A stretch of 64,000 bases of DNA from an uncultured Actinomycetota bacterium (GTDB taxonomy: Bacteria > Actinomycetota > UBA4738 > HRBIN12). Below the pieces are notes generated by a model. It was not told the DNA's origin. It saw only the letters and a program-made list of their open reading frames with translations, and made no database searches. Position 1 is the first letter of the stretch, and each line of letters begins with the position of its first letter. Positions 46,988-56,729 of this stretch are shown in pieces. The stretch covers positions 1,165,607 through 1,229,606 of the forward strand of contig CAVZUH010000004.1 of NCBI GenBank assembly GCA_963778505.1, in the 5' to 3' direction. Made by a program: the position numbers and the translations under genes.

Positions 46988-47379
46988 GGCGGCGAGAGGA
47001 CGCTCGCCATCGGCATGATGGCGACACCGGCGCGTTCTCCTGGCATCGGGATCGGCCGGTTCTCGAGTCGAGCCTCCAGCTGCGCGAGCAGCTCGCGCAT
47101 CCGGCGCAGGTCATCCTCGAGAGCCATGATCCGTTTCGCTCCGGCGAGGTTCACTCCCTCCTGGGTGAGCCGTTGGACGCGTCGGAGGCGGTCGATGTCC
47201 GCCTCCGAATATCGCCTGGTGTTCCCGCTTGTGCGTTGGGGTCGCACGAGACCCTTCCGCTCGTAGATACGGAGCGTCTGCGGGTGCACCCCTGCCAGCT
47301 CGGCCGCGACGCTGATGATGTACACGGCTCGCCGATCCGGACCGTTCACCGATCCACGCCCCTCTGGATCCACCATCAT
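46966..47379 (-). CDS. hspR: MerR-family heat-shock repressor HspR
   Basis: YIISVAAELAGVHPQTLRIYERKGLVRPQRTSGNTRRYSEADI. Sits immediately downstream of dnaJ, as in actinobacterial dnaK operons. Confidence 0.85.
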   Translation of the reverse strand: MMVDPEGRGSVNGPDRRAVYIISVAAELAGVHPQTLRIYERKGLVRPQRTSGNTRRYSEADIDRLRRVQRLTQEGVNLAGAKRIMALEDDLRRMRELLAQLEARLENRPIPMPGERAGVAIMPMASVLSPPWPRRRD

Positions 47380-47384
47380 CTCCT

Positions 47385-48560
47385 TCAGTTCACCCCGAAT
47401 CGCTTACGAGGCGACTCTTTCGACACCTCGCGGAGCTTGCGCAGGAGCTCCTTCTCTTCCCGCGAGATCTTGTCGGGCACGTCGACCTTCACCTTGGCGA
47501 GCAGGTCCCCCCGACCGCCCTTCCGGGGTGCGCCCCGGCCCTTCACTCGGAAGGTCTTGCCGCTCGGCGTGCCTGCCGGGACCTTGAGCGTCACCGGGCC
47601 GTTCAGCGTTGGCACCTCCACGTTGGCGCCGAGGGCGGCCTCCGGGTAGGTGATGGGGAGGTCCACCACGAGGTCGTCGCCACGGCGTTCGAACACGGTA
47701 TGTGGCTCGACGGCGACCTTGACGTAGAGGTCGCCGGCGGGCCCGCCGGCAACACCGGGCTCCCCCTTGCCGGCGAGACGGATCTTCGTGCCGTTCCGCA
47801 CGCCGGACGGGATCTTCACCTGCAGGGTGCGGGTCCGGCGCTCCGCGCCGGACCCGCCGCACTTGGTGCACGGGGTTTCGACGATGCGGCCGGCGCCGCC
47901 GCAACGCGGGCAGGGCCGGGACATCGAGAAGAACCCTTGGTTCTCCGCGATCTCGCCGCTCCCCCCGCACTGCGGGCAGGTGATCGGGTTGGTTCCCGGC
48001 TCGGCGCCCGAGCCGTGGCAGCGCGAGCAGACCGCGGGGCCGTCGATCCGGATCGGGGCGGTCGTGCCCGCCATCGCTTCATCGAAGGAGATGGTGACCT
48101 CGGTCTCGAGATCTGCGCCGCGGCGGGCGCCGGACCGGCGTCCGCCTGCCCGGCGGCCCGCTCCGCCGAAGAGCCCACCGAACAGATCTGAGAAGTCATC
48201 GACGTTCACCTGCTCGTAGCGAACGCCACCGGGCCAGCCGGCGGCGCCGGCGCCCGCTCCCTGCCAGCCCTGACCACCGGAACCTGGGCGTCCGAAGCCG
48301 GGGCCGAACCCCGACGCACTCATCTCTCGGACCTCGTCGTAGGCCTTGCGCTTCTCCGGATCCCCGAGGACGTCGTAGGCGGCGGAGATCTCCTTGAAGC
48401 GGTCCTCCGCGTCCGGATCACCCTGCTTGGTGTCAGGGTGATGCTGCTGAGCCAGCTTGCGGTACGCCTTCTTGATCTCGGCATCGGTCGCGTTCTTGGG
48501 CACACCGAGGACCGAGTAATAGTCCTTCTCGAACCACTCCCTGCGGGGTTCTTGTGCCAC
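47385..48560 (-). CDS. dnaJ: chaperone DnaJ
   Basis: Intact 391 aa with a J-domain (DYYSVLGV...HHPD), a Gly-rich region and four CxxCxG zinc-finger repeats. Confidence 0.95.
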   Translation of the reverse strand: MAQEPRREWFEKDYYSVLGVPKNATDAEIKKAYRKLAQQHHPDTKQGDPDAEDRFKEISAAYDVLGDPEKRKAYDEVREMSASGFGPGFGRPGSGGQGWQGAGAGAAGWPGGVRYEQVNVDDFSDLFGGLFGGAGRRAGGRRSGARRGADLETEVTISFDEAMAGTTAPIRIDGPAVCSRCHGSGAEPGTNPITCPQCGGSGEIAENQGFFSMSRPCPRCGGAGRIVETPCTKCGGSGAERRTRTLQVKIPSGVRNGTKIRLAGKGEPGVAGGPAGDLYVKVAVEPHTVFERRGDDLVVDLPITYPEAALGANVEVPTLNGPVTLKVPAGTPSGKTFRVKGRGAPRKGGRGDLLAKVKVDVPDKISREEKELLRKLREVSKESPRKRFGVN

Positions 48561-48563
48561 CCG

Positions 48564-49157
48564 TCACTTCCTCTCCACCCGAACCCCGGCCGGCCGGAGG
48601 ACCCGGCCCTTCAACGTGTAGCCGGGACGCAGCACGTCGGCGACCACGGGATCGCCCTCGCCCTCCCCCGTCTGCATCAGCGCTTCGTGCGTCTCCGGGT
48701 CGAACGGCTTGCCCTGTGCATCCATCCGCTCCAAGCCCTCGGCTCGCAGGGTGTCGAGGAGCTTCGCGTACACGAGCTCCACGCCGTGGAGGAAGCGATC
48801 GAAGTCGGGGCGATCCTGCGCGTGCATCAGCGCGAGGTCGAAATCGTCCAGAACCTCGAGGAGCCGCTGGAAGACCGGCCGAGCCGCTTGCTCGACCGCT
48901 GTCGTCTGTTCGCGGAGCACTCGCTTCCGATAGTTGTCGAACTCGGCTTGGAGGCGCTGCAGATGCTCCCGGTACTGATCCGCCTCGGCCCGAGCAGCCT
49001 CGATGTCGCGCTCGTCGGCGACCGGGTCGGCCTCCGACCGCACCTCTTCCCGCTCCGGCTCGATCTCCGGATGACCTTCGCCATCCCCCGTCGTGGGGGC
49101 GGCCGCCTTGCCGGCGGCCGCCCCCTTCTGCGTCTGGTGGCGACGATCCTCGGTCAC
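48564..49157 (-). CDS. grpE: nucleotide exchange factor GrpE
   Basis: Intact 197 aa with LQRLQAEFDNYRKR and GYTLKGRVLRPA. The GTG start overlaps the hsp20 stop. Confidence 0.9.
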   Translation of the reverse strand: MTEDRRHQTQKGAAAGKAAAPTTGDGEGHPEIEPEREEVRSEADPVADERDIEAARAEADQYREHLQRLQAEFDNYRKRVLREQTTAVEQAARPVFQRLLEVLDDFDLALMHAQDRPDFDRFLHGVELVYAKLLDTLRAEGLERMDAQGKPFDPETHEALMQTGEGEGDPVVADVLRPGYTLKGRVLRPAGVRVERK

Positions 49158-49573
49158 TTCGATTGGACCTTGATCGTCTTGGGCTTGGCTTGCTCGGTCT
49201 TCGGAACCGTGACCGTGAGGACGCCCTTGTCGAAGGCAGCCTCGATCTTCCCCGTATCAGCCGTCTGCGGCAGGCGGATAGATCGGGCGAACGTGCCGAA
49301 GCCCCGCTCGAGGCGGTGCCACGTGTCCCCCTTGTCTTCCGACTCGAACTGCCGCTTCCCGCTGATCGTCAGCATGCCGTCTTCGAACGTGACGTTGACG
49401 TCCTTCGGCTCGAGGCCGGGCAGATCCACCGTCACCTCGTAGCGATCGTCGGCCTCGCGCACGTCGAGCGCCGGCATCCACGTGTCTCGCGAGAACGCCC
49501 GGCCCATCAGCCGGTCGAACTCGTCCTCGACCGTCCGCAGGTCGCGGAACGGATCCATCTTGGCGAGCATCAT
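49154..49573 (-). CDS. small heat-shock protein (Hsp20/alpha-crystallin family)
   Basis: Intact 139 aa with PALDVREADDRYEVTVDLPGLEPKDVNVTFEDGMLTISGKR and GVLTVTVPK. Confidence 0.9.
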   Translation of the reverse strand: MMLAKMDPFRDLRTVEDEFDRLMGRAFSRDTWMPALDVREADDRYEVTVDLPGLEPKDVNVTFEDGMLTISGKRQFESEDKGDTWHRLERGFGTFARSIRLPQTADTGKIEAAFDKGVLTVTVPKTEQAKPKTIKVQSK

Positions 49574-51442
49574 CCAGCACCTCCCTCGTCCACGATCTCG
49601 CCTTCCACCACGTCCTCGTCGCCGTCTTCACCCTCCCCTGGCGTCGAGGCATCTTGCCCGCCGCCCGACGCGGCGGCCTGCGTCCTGCGCTGCCTGCTCG
49701 TGCATCGACTGGCTGGCTCGCTGCCAGATCTGCATCAACGCCTCACTGGCCGATCGCAACGCGTCGGTCTCCGCCGACTCGTCCTTCAGTAGCTGCTTCA
49801 GCTCATCGTTCTTGGACGTCAGCTCCGCCTTGTCGGCATCGGAGATCTTGTCCCCGTTGTCCTTCAGGAAGGTGTCCACCTGGTAGGTCAGCTGGTCCGC
49901 CTGGTTCCGGGCCTCGGCCGCCTCCCGACGCTTGTGGTCCTCGGCCGCGAAGGCCTCGGCATCCTTCATCATGCGGTCGATCTCGTCCTTGGAGAGCGCC
50001 GTGCCTCCCGTGATCGTCATCGCCTGTTCCTTACCGGTCGCGAGGTCCTTGGCGCTCACGTTCACGATGCCGTTCGCATCGATGTCGAACGCCACCTCGA
50101 TCTGCGGCACGCCGCGCGGCGCCGGCGGGATCCCGGTCAGGTGGAACCGCCCGAGCGACTTCACGCCGGGCGACATCACCGTCTCGGCCTCTCCCTGGAG
50201 GACGTGGATCTCCACCGTCGTCTGGTTGTCGTCCGCGGTCGTGAAGATCTCCGACTTGCGCGTGGGGATCGTGGTGTTCCGCTCGATAAGCTTGGTGAAC
50301 AGTCCACCCTTGGTCTCCACGCCCAGCGTCAGGGGCGTGACGTCCAGCAGGAGGATGTCCTTGACGTCGCCCTTGAGGACGCCCGCTTGGATGGCGGCCC
50401 CCACCGCAACGACCTCGTCGGGGTTGACACCCTTGTGCGGCTCCTTGCCGCCGGTCAGCTCCTTCACGAGATCCTGGATCATCGGCATCCGCGTAGACCC
50501 ACCGACCAGGATCACATGGTCGATCGCACTCGCGTCCTTGCCCCAGTCCTTGATCGCCTGCTCGAAGGGCCCGCGGCAGCTATCGGCGAGATCGGCCGTC
50601 ATCCGCTCGAACTCGGTCCGACTGAGCTTCTCCTCCAGGTGCAGCGGTCCGTCGGGGCCTGCACTGATGAACGGCAGGTTGATCGTGGTCTCTGCCACCT
50701 GCGAGAGCTCGATCTTCGCCTTCTCGGCGGCTTCTTTGAGCCGTTGCATCGCCATGCGGTCCTTCGACAGGTCGATCGAGTAGTTGCCCTTGAATCGCTC
50801 GACCAGCCAATCGATGATCCGCTGATCCCAGTCGTCGCCCCCGAGTTGGGTGTCACCGTGGGTGGCTTTCACTTCCACGACGCCCTCGCCTATCTCGAGC
50901 AACGACACGTCGAAGGTGCCACCTCCCAGGTCGAACACGAGGATCGTCTGCTCGGTCTGCTGCTTGTCCAAGCCATACGCGAGCGCGGCCGCCGTCGGTT
51001 CGTTGATGATGCGGAGCACTTCCAGCCCCGCGATCTGACCGGCTTCCTTCGTCGCCTGGCGTTGGGCGTCGTCGAAATAGGCAGGCACGGTGATCACTGC
51101 CTGCGTGACGCTGTCCCCAAGGAAGGCCTCCGCGTCCCGCTTCAGCTTGTTGAGGATCTGCGCGGAGATCTCCTGGGCGGTCCAGGCCTTGCCGTCGATA
51201 TCGACCGACCAGTCCTTGTCGCCCATGTGTCGCTTGACCGACCTGATCGTCCTGTCCGGATTGGTGATGGCCTGCCGCTTGGCGACCTCACCCACCAAGA
51301 TCTCGCCGGTCTTGGAGACCGCGACGACCGACGGTGTCGTCCGTGAACCCTCCGCGTTCGGGATGACGGCGGGTTCTCCTGCTTCCAAAGCAGCCACGAC
51401 CGAATTCGTCGTCCCGAGATCAACGCCCACTGCTCGCGCCAT
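49570..51442 (-). CDS. dnaK: chaperone DnaK; one +1 break about 110 nt from the 3' end
   Basis: [19 protein letters not shown] and [11 protein letters not shown]. In the next frame the tail reads [31 protein letters not shown]-stop, overlapping the hsp20 ATG. The span is 1873 nt, 1 mod 3. Confidence 0.95.
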
Positions 51443-51538
51443 CAGGTCCTTCCTCCTCGCTCGCTACTCCACGCTGCCGAGTGCCCCCGAGCGGCCCTTA
51501 CCCAGGCCAGCGGGATCCAGTCAGCTCTCCGACAGATA

Positions 51539-51573
51539 CCTTGAGAAATCTCCTGCGTCTGCTGGACTCAAGG
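51539..51573 (-). promoter_or_regulatory. HAIR-like HspR operator candidate about 100 nt upstream of dnaK
   Basis: On the gene strand: CCTTGAGT-CCAGCAG-ACGCAGG-AGATT-TCTCAAGG. The left half is a perfect CTTGAGT. At the N7 position the right half matches ACTCAAG 5/7, and a better right half (6/7) lies 12 nt further on. It is preceded by TTGCCA-N18-TATCCT. Confidence 0.5.
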
Positions 51574-51778
51574 ATAGAGCCCTGAGTATGTCATTGGCAA
51601 CTTTCCTTCGTAGACGTTGTGGGGGCCATGGCGCGTTGCTGGGGCGCCCGCTCGGAGGCCGAGTTGTCCCCCCGTCCCCCCCGCCTCGAGACGTTCAAGC
51701 CGGGGGCCCTTTCGTCCGATGGATGGACCTAGACCCAAAGGACCGGACCGCCCAACGGACTCCACCGAAAGGACGAGA

Positions 51779-52471
51779 GTGGCAACCTCAAGCTCCACCC
51801 TGCGTAACCGAAGGAGCGTACATCCGGCCGTGGCGCACACGGTCAACACGCTCCTGCTGCAGGAGCGCACGAAGTGGGCGATCCACATCCACGACGGCCT
51901 CACTCAGTCCGTCACCAGCGCGGTCCTCGAGCTGCAGGGACTCCAGCACCGGATCCTCACCGACCCCGAGACCGTCCTCGCCACCCTGAAGGAGATCGAG
52001 GACGCGATCCGGAACGACCTCAGTCAGATCCGCCAGATCCTCTTCGAGCTCGATGGAGGCACGCCTCGTCGCGAGCCTCCCCTCGCGAGCTTCGTGAGCG
52101 AACTGGTGGAGCGCTGGCATCTGCCTGCGCGAGTCTCGATCGAGGGCGAAGTCGATCGGATCGCCGATCGCACCCTCGAAACGGCGAACGCGATCGTGGC
52201 CGAGGCTCTGGCCAACGCAGCGAAGCATTCCGGCGCCCCCGAGGTGTCGGTACGCATCAGGGCAGGGCTCGACGACCTCCGGATCGAGGTCGAGGACCGA
52301 GGCAACGGCATCGTCGCCACCGACGCCGACGGAGACCCGCATTTCGGGCTGCGGCTGATGCGCGGCCAGGCAGAGCAGATCGGCGGCACCATCGAGATCG
52401 ATTCGAAACCCGGAAACGGCACCCGCGTGGTCGCCGTGCTCCCCGTCGGAGGGCGAGGTGATGAAGGATGA
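51779..52471 (+). CDS. sensor-less histidine kinase (HisKA_3 plus HATPase only, about 230 aa)
   Basis: GTG 51779. H-box ERTKWAIHIHDGLTQS, N-box AEALANAAKHS, plus VEDRGNGI and FGLRLMRGQAE. No TM or input domain fits between the start and the H-box. Confidence 0.75.
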   Translation: MATSSSTLRNRRSVHPAVAHTVNTLLLQERTKWAIHIHDGLTQSVTSAVLELQGLQHRILTDPETVLATLKEIEDAIRNDLSQIRQILFELDGGTPRREPPLASFVSELVERWHLPARVSIEGEVDRIADRTLETANAIVAEALANAAKHSGAPEVSVRIRAGLDDLRIEVEDRGNGIVATDADGDPHFGLRLMRGQAEQIGGTIEIDSKPGNGTRVVAVLPVGGRGDEG

Positions 52472-53139
52472 AGATCCTGATCGTTGACGACCACGCGCTG
52501 GTGCGTCGTGGCCTGCACCACGTGGTGAAGGAAGGCTTCCCGGACGCCGAGGTCGTCGAGGCCGAGAGCGCCTCGGCGGCACTCGAGCACATCCACAACG
52601 GAACGGAGGTCGACCTCGCGTTGGTCGACGTCCGCATGCCGGATCTGGACGGACTCGAGCTCCTGCGCGCCATCAAGACGGACAAGCCCGACATGCCGGT
52701 GATCATGCTCTCGACGTACGACAACGCGCCGTACGTGAAACGGGCACTTGCCGACGGGGCCTCCGGCTATCTGCTGAAGGACGCGACACCCGAAGACCTG
52801 TCACAGGCCATCAACGTGGCACTCTCGGGAAGCGGCAACGTGCTCTCGCCGAGGGTGATCCAGAACCTGTTCGAGGATCACGAGGCCTCGGGGCGCGATC
52901 ACAACGGGCGCCGGGGCGAGTACAACCTGACGCAGCGCGAGCACGACATCCTGGCGCTGCTCTCCGAGGGTCGGGCGAACCGCGAGATCGCACAACACCT
53001 GTACCTGTCGGAGAAGACCGTCAAGGCGCATCTCGCGGCCATCTTCCGCAAGCTCGGCGTCACCAACCGGACGCAGGCCGCGATGATGGCCGTCCAGATG
53101 GGCGTGGGGCCGGTTCCCGGCGCCTTGGTGCCCGAGTAG
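52468..53139 (+). CDS. NarL/LuxR-family response regulator
   Basis: Intact 223 aa with ILIVDDH, LALVDVRMPDLDG and the HTH LTQREHDILALLSEGRANREIAQHLYLSEKTVKAHL. The ATG overlaps the kinase stop. Confidence 0.9.
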   Translation: MKILIVDDHALVRRGLHHVVKEGFPDAEVVEAESASAALEHIHNGTEVDLALVDVRMPDLDGLELLRAIKTDKPDMPVIMLSTYDNAPYVKRALADGASGYLLKDATPEDLSQAINVALSGSGNVLSPRVIQNLFEDHEASGRDHNGRRGEYNLTQREHDILALLSEGRANREIAQHLYLSEKTVKAHLAAIFRKLGVTNRTQAAMMAVQMGVGPVPGALVPE

Positions 53140-53159
53140 GAGGATCCGAGCGAGGCCCG

Positions 53160-53720
53160 TCAGTCTCGGAAGTCCTCGAAGAAGCGACTCGCCGTGGGGC
53201 CACGCTGGCCCTGGTACTTGCTGCCCGAACCCCCGTAGGGAACGTCGGCGGCCGTCGTCAGTCGGAAGAAGGAGATCTGACCGATCTTCATGCCGGGGTA
53301 GAGCGTGATCGGCAGGTTCGCCACGTTGGAGAGCTCGAGCGTGAGGTAGCCGTTCCAACCCGGGTCGACGTAGCCGGCGGTCGAGTGGATCAGCAGTCCG
53401 AGGCGGCCGAGCGACGACTTGCCCTCGAGTCGGGCCACGAGGTCGTCAGGCAAGGCCACCCGTTCGAGCGTCGATCCCAGCACGAATTCCCCAGGATGCA
53501 GGATGAAGGGCTCGTCTGGTTTCGTCTCGACGAGCTCCGTGAGATCGGGCTGCTCCTGCTTCACGTCGATGTAGGGGTATCGCGAGTTCGCGAAGACCCG
53601 GAACTCCGCATCGACGTGCAGGTCGACCGACGAAGGCTGGACGCAGGCCGGATCGAACGGATCGATCACGATGCGGCCGGCGTCGATCTCCTCTCTGATC
53701 GTGCGGTCCGACAGGATCAT
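53160..53720 (-). CDS. dcd: dCTP deaminase
   Basis: [37 protein letters not shown], and [15 protein letters not shown]. 186 aa from ATG 53720. Confidence 0.9.
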   Translation of the reverse strand: MILSDRTIREEIDAGRIVIDPFDPACVQPSSVDLHVDAEFRVFANSRYPYIDVKQEQPDLTELVETKPDEPFILHPGEFVLGSTLERVALPDDLVARLEGKSSLGRLGLLIHSTAGYVDPGWNGYLTLELSNVANLPITLYPGMKIGQISFFRLTTAADVPYGGSGSKYQGQRGPTASRFFEDFRD

Positions 53721-53990
53721 GGCTTGCCGGATGCTACTAGCGGCCCCGAGGAGGGTCGGGGTCGGTCGCTGAGTGATCTCGAACACGTTGGATATCGCCG
53801 GCCGCGAAGCCGGGCTGGAACCGGAGGCGGTCGCACCGCAGTTGTCGCTCTTGTGGAGGAATTCGAGGTTCGGGCACGCCGTATCGGATCGGACCCAGTC
53901 CTCTCCCGTCAATCTCCGCGAGCCCTAACACGTTGCGGTAGAACCGCCGTTGTCGGTCGTACGACTACTCCGAGTCAGTCCGGCCATCGT

Positions 53991-54017
53991 GAACGCCGAG
54001 GCTCCTCCTCAGCGTTC
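53991..54017 (-). terminator. hairpin overlapping the trpD stop codon
   Basis: On the gene strand: GAACGCTGAGG-aggag-CCTCGGCGTTC (11 bp, one G-U pair), with no U-tract. Confidence 0.45.
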
Positions 54018-55056
54018 ATCCCTTACCTCCCGCCTCGCGCGAGACCGCGATCCACCTGTCCAGCGTCACCGCCGCCTTGCCATCGTCGATCGATCCTTTG
54101 GCGAGCGCGATCCCTGCGTCGAGGTCGGTGGCGGCCCCGGCGACCTCCAGCGCCGCGCCCGCGTTGAGCAGCACGACGTCACGCTTCGGCCCCGGCTCCC
54201 CGTCGAGTATCGACAAGGCGTCGCGCGCCGCCTCGACGGGATCGCCGCCCTGTAGGTCGTCCCGGGTCGCCCGGGCGATCCCGTGGACAGTCGGATCGAG
54301 ACGGCTCTGCCGAACCTGGCCATCGCTCACGTCCAGCACCAGCGACGGCGCCGTCGTGGTCAGCTCGTCGAGGCCGTCATCCCCGCGGAAGAGCTTGGCC
54401 CGCGTCCCGCGCCGGGCGAGCACCTCGGCCATCAATGGGAGCATCCGCTGATCGGAGACGCCCACAACCTGCGCGGCCGGTCGTGCCGGGTTCGTGAGCG
54501 GCCCCAGGAAGTTGAACGAGGTGGGAACGCGGAGCTCCCGGCGAACCGATGCCGCGTGCCCGAACGCCGGATGGAAGACGGGGGCGAACATGAATCCGAT
54601 GTTCGCCTCCGCGAGGCAGCGCTCGACGCCGGCCGCCTCGAGATCGATCCTCACCCCGAGGGCTTCGAGGAGATCCGCCGAGCCGCAGTGGCTGGAGGCG
54701 GCGCGGTTCCCGTGCTTGGCGACCGGCACGCCGGCTCCGGCCACCACGATCGCCGAGAGGGTCGAGATGTTGAACGTGCCGCTGCGATCGCCGCCGGTGC
54801 CGCAGGTATCGAGCGCGAGTGCGGGCGCCGAGACGGGATGCGCGAGCTCCAGCACCGTGCGCGCGAGACCGTCGAGCTCATCGACGGTCTCGCCTTTGGT
54901 CCGCAGCGCCATCAGGAAGCCGCCCGCCTGGGCGGACGTCACGTCTCCGGACATGATCGCGTGCATCGCGTCCGCGGCTTCGTCGGCAGACAGCGCGTCG
55001 CCCGCGATCAGGCGTTGGAGGGTCCGAGGCCACAGATCCGGGTCGGGCTCGCCCAT
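54016..55056 (-). CDS. trpD: anthranilate phosphoribosyltransferase
   Basis: Intact 346 aa with DTCGTGGD, VAKHGNRAASS and FNFLGPLTNPA. Confidence 0.95.
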   Translation of the reverse strand: MGEPDPDLWPRTLQRLIAGDALSADEAADAMHAIMSGDVTSAQAGGFLMALRTKGETVDELDGLARTVLELAHPVSAPALALDTCGTGGDRSGTFNISTLSAIVVAGAGVPVAKHGNRAASSHCGSADLLEALGVRIDLEAAGVERCLAEANIGFMFAPVFHPAFGHAASVRRELRVPTSFNFLGPLTNPARPAAQVVGVSDQRMLPLMAEVLARRGTRAKLFRGDDGLDELTTTAPSLVLDVSDGQVRQSRLDPTVHGIARATRDDLQGGDPVEAARDALSILDGEPGPKRDVVLLNAGAALEVAGAATDLDAGIALAKGSIDDGKAAVTLDRWIAVSREAGGKG

Positions 55057-55148
55057 GAGGGCCGCACGCTAGCACGTCGGTTGTGCTTGCTTGGGCCCCG
55101 GAAGGCTGGTCTAGACTGTGGCCCGTTGCCCTCGGGCGGCGGAGCCAC

Positions 55149-55219
55149 GCGGGTGTGGTTCAATGGCAGAACGCGAGCTTCCCAAGCTCGAAACGGGGGT
55201 TCGATTCCCCTCACCCGCT
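55149..55219 (+). tRNA. tRNA-Gly (anticodon CCC)
   Basis: Acceptor GCGGGTG/CACCCGC, anticodon loop UUCCCAA, T-loop TTCGATT, 71 nt. Confidence 0.9.
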
Positions 55220-55256
55220 CTCGCTGTGTCCAGTGCTCCGATCCGATGCGCGTCGG

Positions 55257-56012
55257 TCAGCGCCGAACGCAGAGATCGACGACGGTCCTCCCGGGGAGGT
55301 GCAGCGTTTCGGGAAGGTCGCGCGACAGCTGGCTGATGCGCTCGAGCAACCACGCTCGGGTGGGAGCCGGCAGCGAGACGACGTCACTGAAGGTCGCGTA
55401 GAGATCCCCGAGTCGCGCCGCCGGCAGGACGTGGGTCGCGGAGAACTCCCGGCGCTCGAACGGATCGAACCCCTCCACCGTCGCCGGCGGCTCGGACCAC
55501 GATCGGTGGGCGGCCATGATCGCGGCCTCGGCGTGGGTCCCGTCGATGGCCTCGTAGATCGCTCGCATCCCGGGGACCTTCAGCCGCGCCTCCTCGACCG
55601 GCCAGGCCCAGAACACGGCGAGGGCTCCTCCCGGGCGCAGGATGCGATGGATCTCCGCCATCGCCGCGTCGCGCTCGAAGTGGTGGAACGCGTTGCCCAC
55701 GACGACGGCATCGACCGTCCCGTCTTCCAACGGCATGGACTCCGCCGTCGCTACGATCGCTTGGATCGCAGGGAATCGTTCCTCCAGGACCGCGCGCATG
55801 TTCGCCGCGGGCTCCACGGCGATCACGTCGACGCCGAGCTGCACGAATCGACCCGAGAGGCGGCCCGTCCCCGCCGCCAGGTCAACCACCCTCGAACCGG
55901 GGCCGATGCCGCAGCGCTCGGCGATCCAGGCGACCGCCTCCGGTGCGTACTCGGGCCGGAGCTCGTCGTAGTCGAGCGCGTCGACGACCTCGAAGCTGAA
56001 GCGTTCCGACAC
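55257..56012 (-). CDS. class I SAM-dependent methyltransferase
   Basis: Intact 251 aa with motif I RVVDLAAGTGRLS and later LRPGGALAVFW. Confidence 0.75.
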   Translation of the reverse strand: MSERFSFEVVDALDYDELRPEYAPEAVAWIAERCGIGPGSRVVDLAAGTGRLSGRFVQLGVDVIAVEPAANMRAVLEERFPAIQAIVATAESMPLEDGTVDAVVVGNAFHHFERDAAMAEIHRILRPGGALAVFWAWPVEEARLKVPGMRAIYEAIDGTHAEAAIMAAHRSWSEPPATVEGFDPFERREFSATHVLPAARLGDLYATFSDVVSLPAPTRAWLLERISQLSRDLPETLHLPGRTVVDLCVRR

Positions 56013-56036
56013 GATGAGGATGGTAACTGCGCGAGG

Positions 56037-56729
56037 TCACCCGTCGGCGAGGTAGCGCGGGGCCGTCGGGCAGATGTCATCGAGGGGACAGATCGCACAT
56101 CGCGGCGTCGGGGCCTTGCATATCTCCCGGCCGAGCCTGATCAGCGCCACGTGGAGCGGTGTTCGGAGCCCCTCGGGCACGAGCTCGTGAAGGATCCGGT
56201 CTGCCCGATCGGCGGATGCCTTCGGGGGCACCAATCCGAGACGCGTCGTCACCCGGTGCACGTGCGTGTCCACGGGCAGCGCGTCCCGCCCCAACGAGAA
56301 GGACAGCACGACGGCCGCGGTCTTCGGCCCGACCCCCGGCAGTGATATCAGCTCCGCTCGGGCCTCATCGTCCGACAGACCTGCCAGGAACGAGAGGTCG
56401 AAGGCGCCGCGCCGGTCGGCGACCTCTCGCAGGATCGCCTGGATGCGCGGCGCCTTCGTGTCGGCGAGGCCACCCGAGCGGATCGCGTCGGCGACCGCTC
56501 GGGTCGGCGCACGCACCACGTCCTCCCAGGTGGGGAACGCGCTGCGGAGGCCCTCGAACGCCCTCTCGGCGTTGACGTCGCTCGTGTGCTGCGACAGGAC
56601 GGTGAGCACGAGCTCCTCGAACGGGTCGGACCGGCGAGGAGGCAGGAGCTCGCCGTAGCGTTTCCGGAGGCGGTTGAGAACGGTCCGGGCCCGCCGCCGA
56701 AGGAGGGCCGGCGGGGCCGGCTCGGTCAC
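56037..56729 (-). CDS. nth: endonuclease III
   Basis: Intact 230 aa with HhH LISLPGVGPKTAAVVL, the catalytic region VDTHVHRV and the 4Fe-4S cluster CKAPTPRCAICPLDDIC. Confidence 0.9.
   Translation of the reverse strand: MTEPAPPALLRRRARTVLNRLRKRYGELLPPRRSDPFEELVLTVLSQHTSDVNAERAFEGLRSAFPTWEDVVRAPTRAVADAIRSGGLADTKAPRIQAILREVADRRGAFDLSFLAGLSDDEARAELISLPGVGPKTAAVVLSFSLGRDALPVDTHVHRVTTRLGLVPPKASADRADRILHELVPEGLRTPLHVALIRLGREICKAPTPRCAICPLDDICPTAPRYLADG

Noticed and set aside
53721-53912. A 64-codon N-terminal extension of dCTP deaminase starting at TTG 53912.
   Set aside because: There is no ribosome-binding site at a workable distance, and the canonical MILSDR start is at 53720. It is kept only as a low-interest open question.
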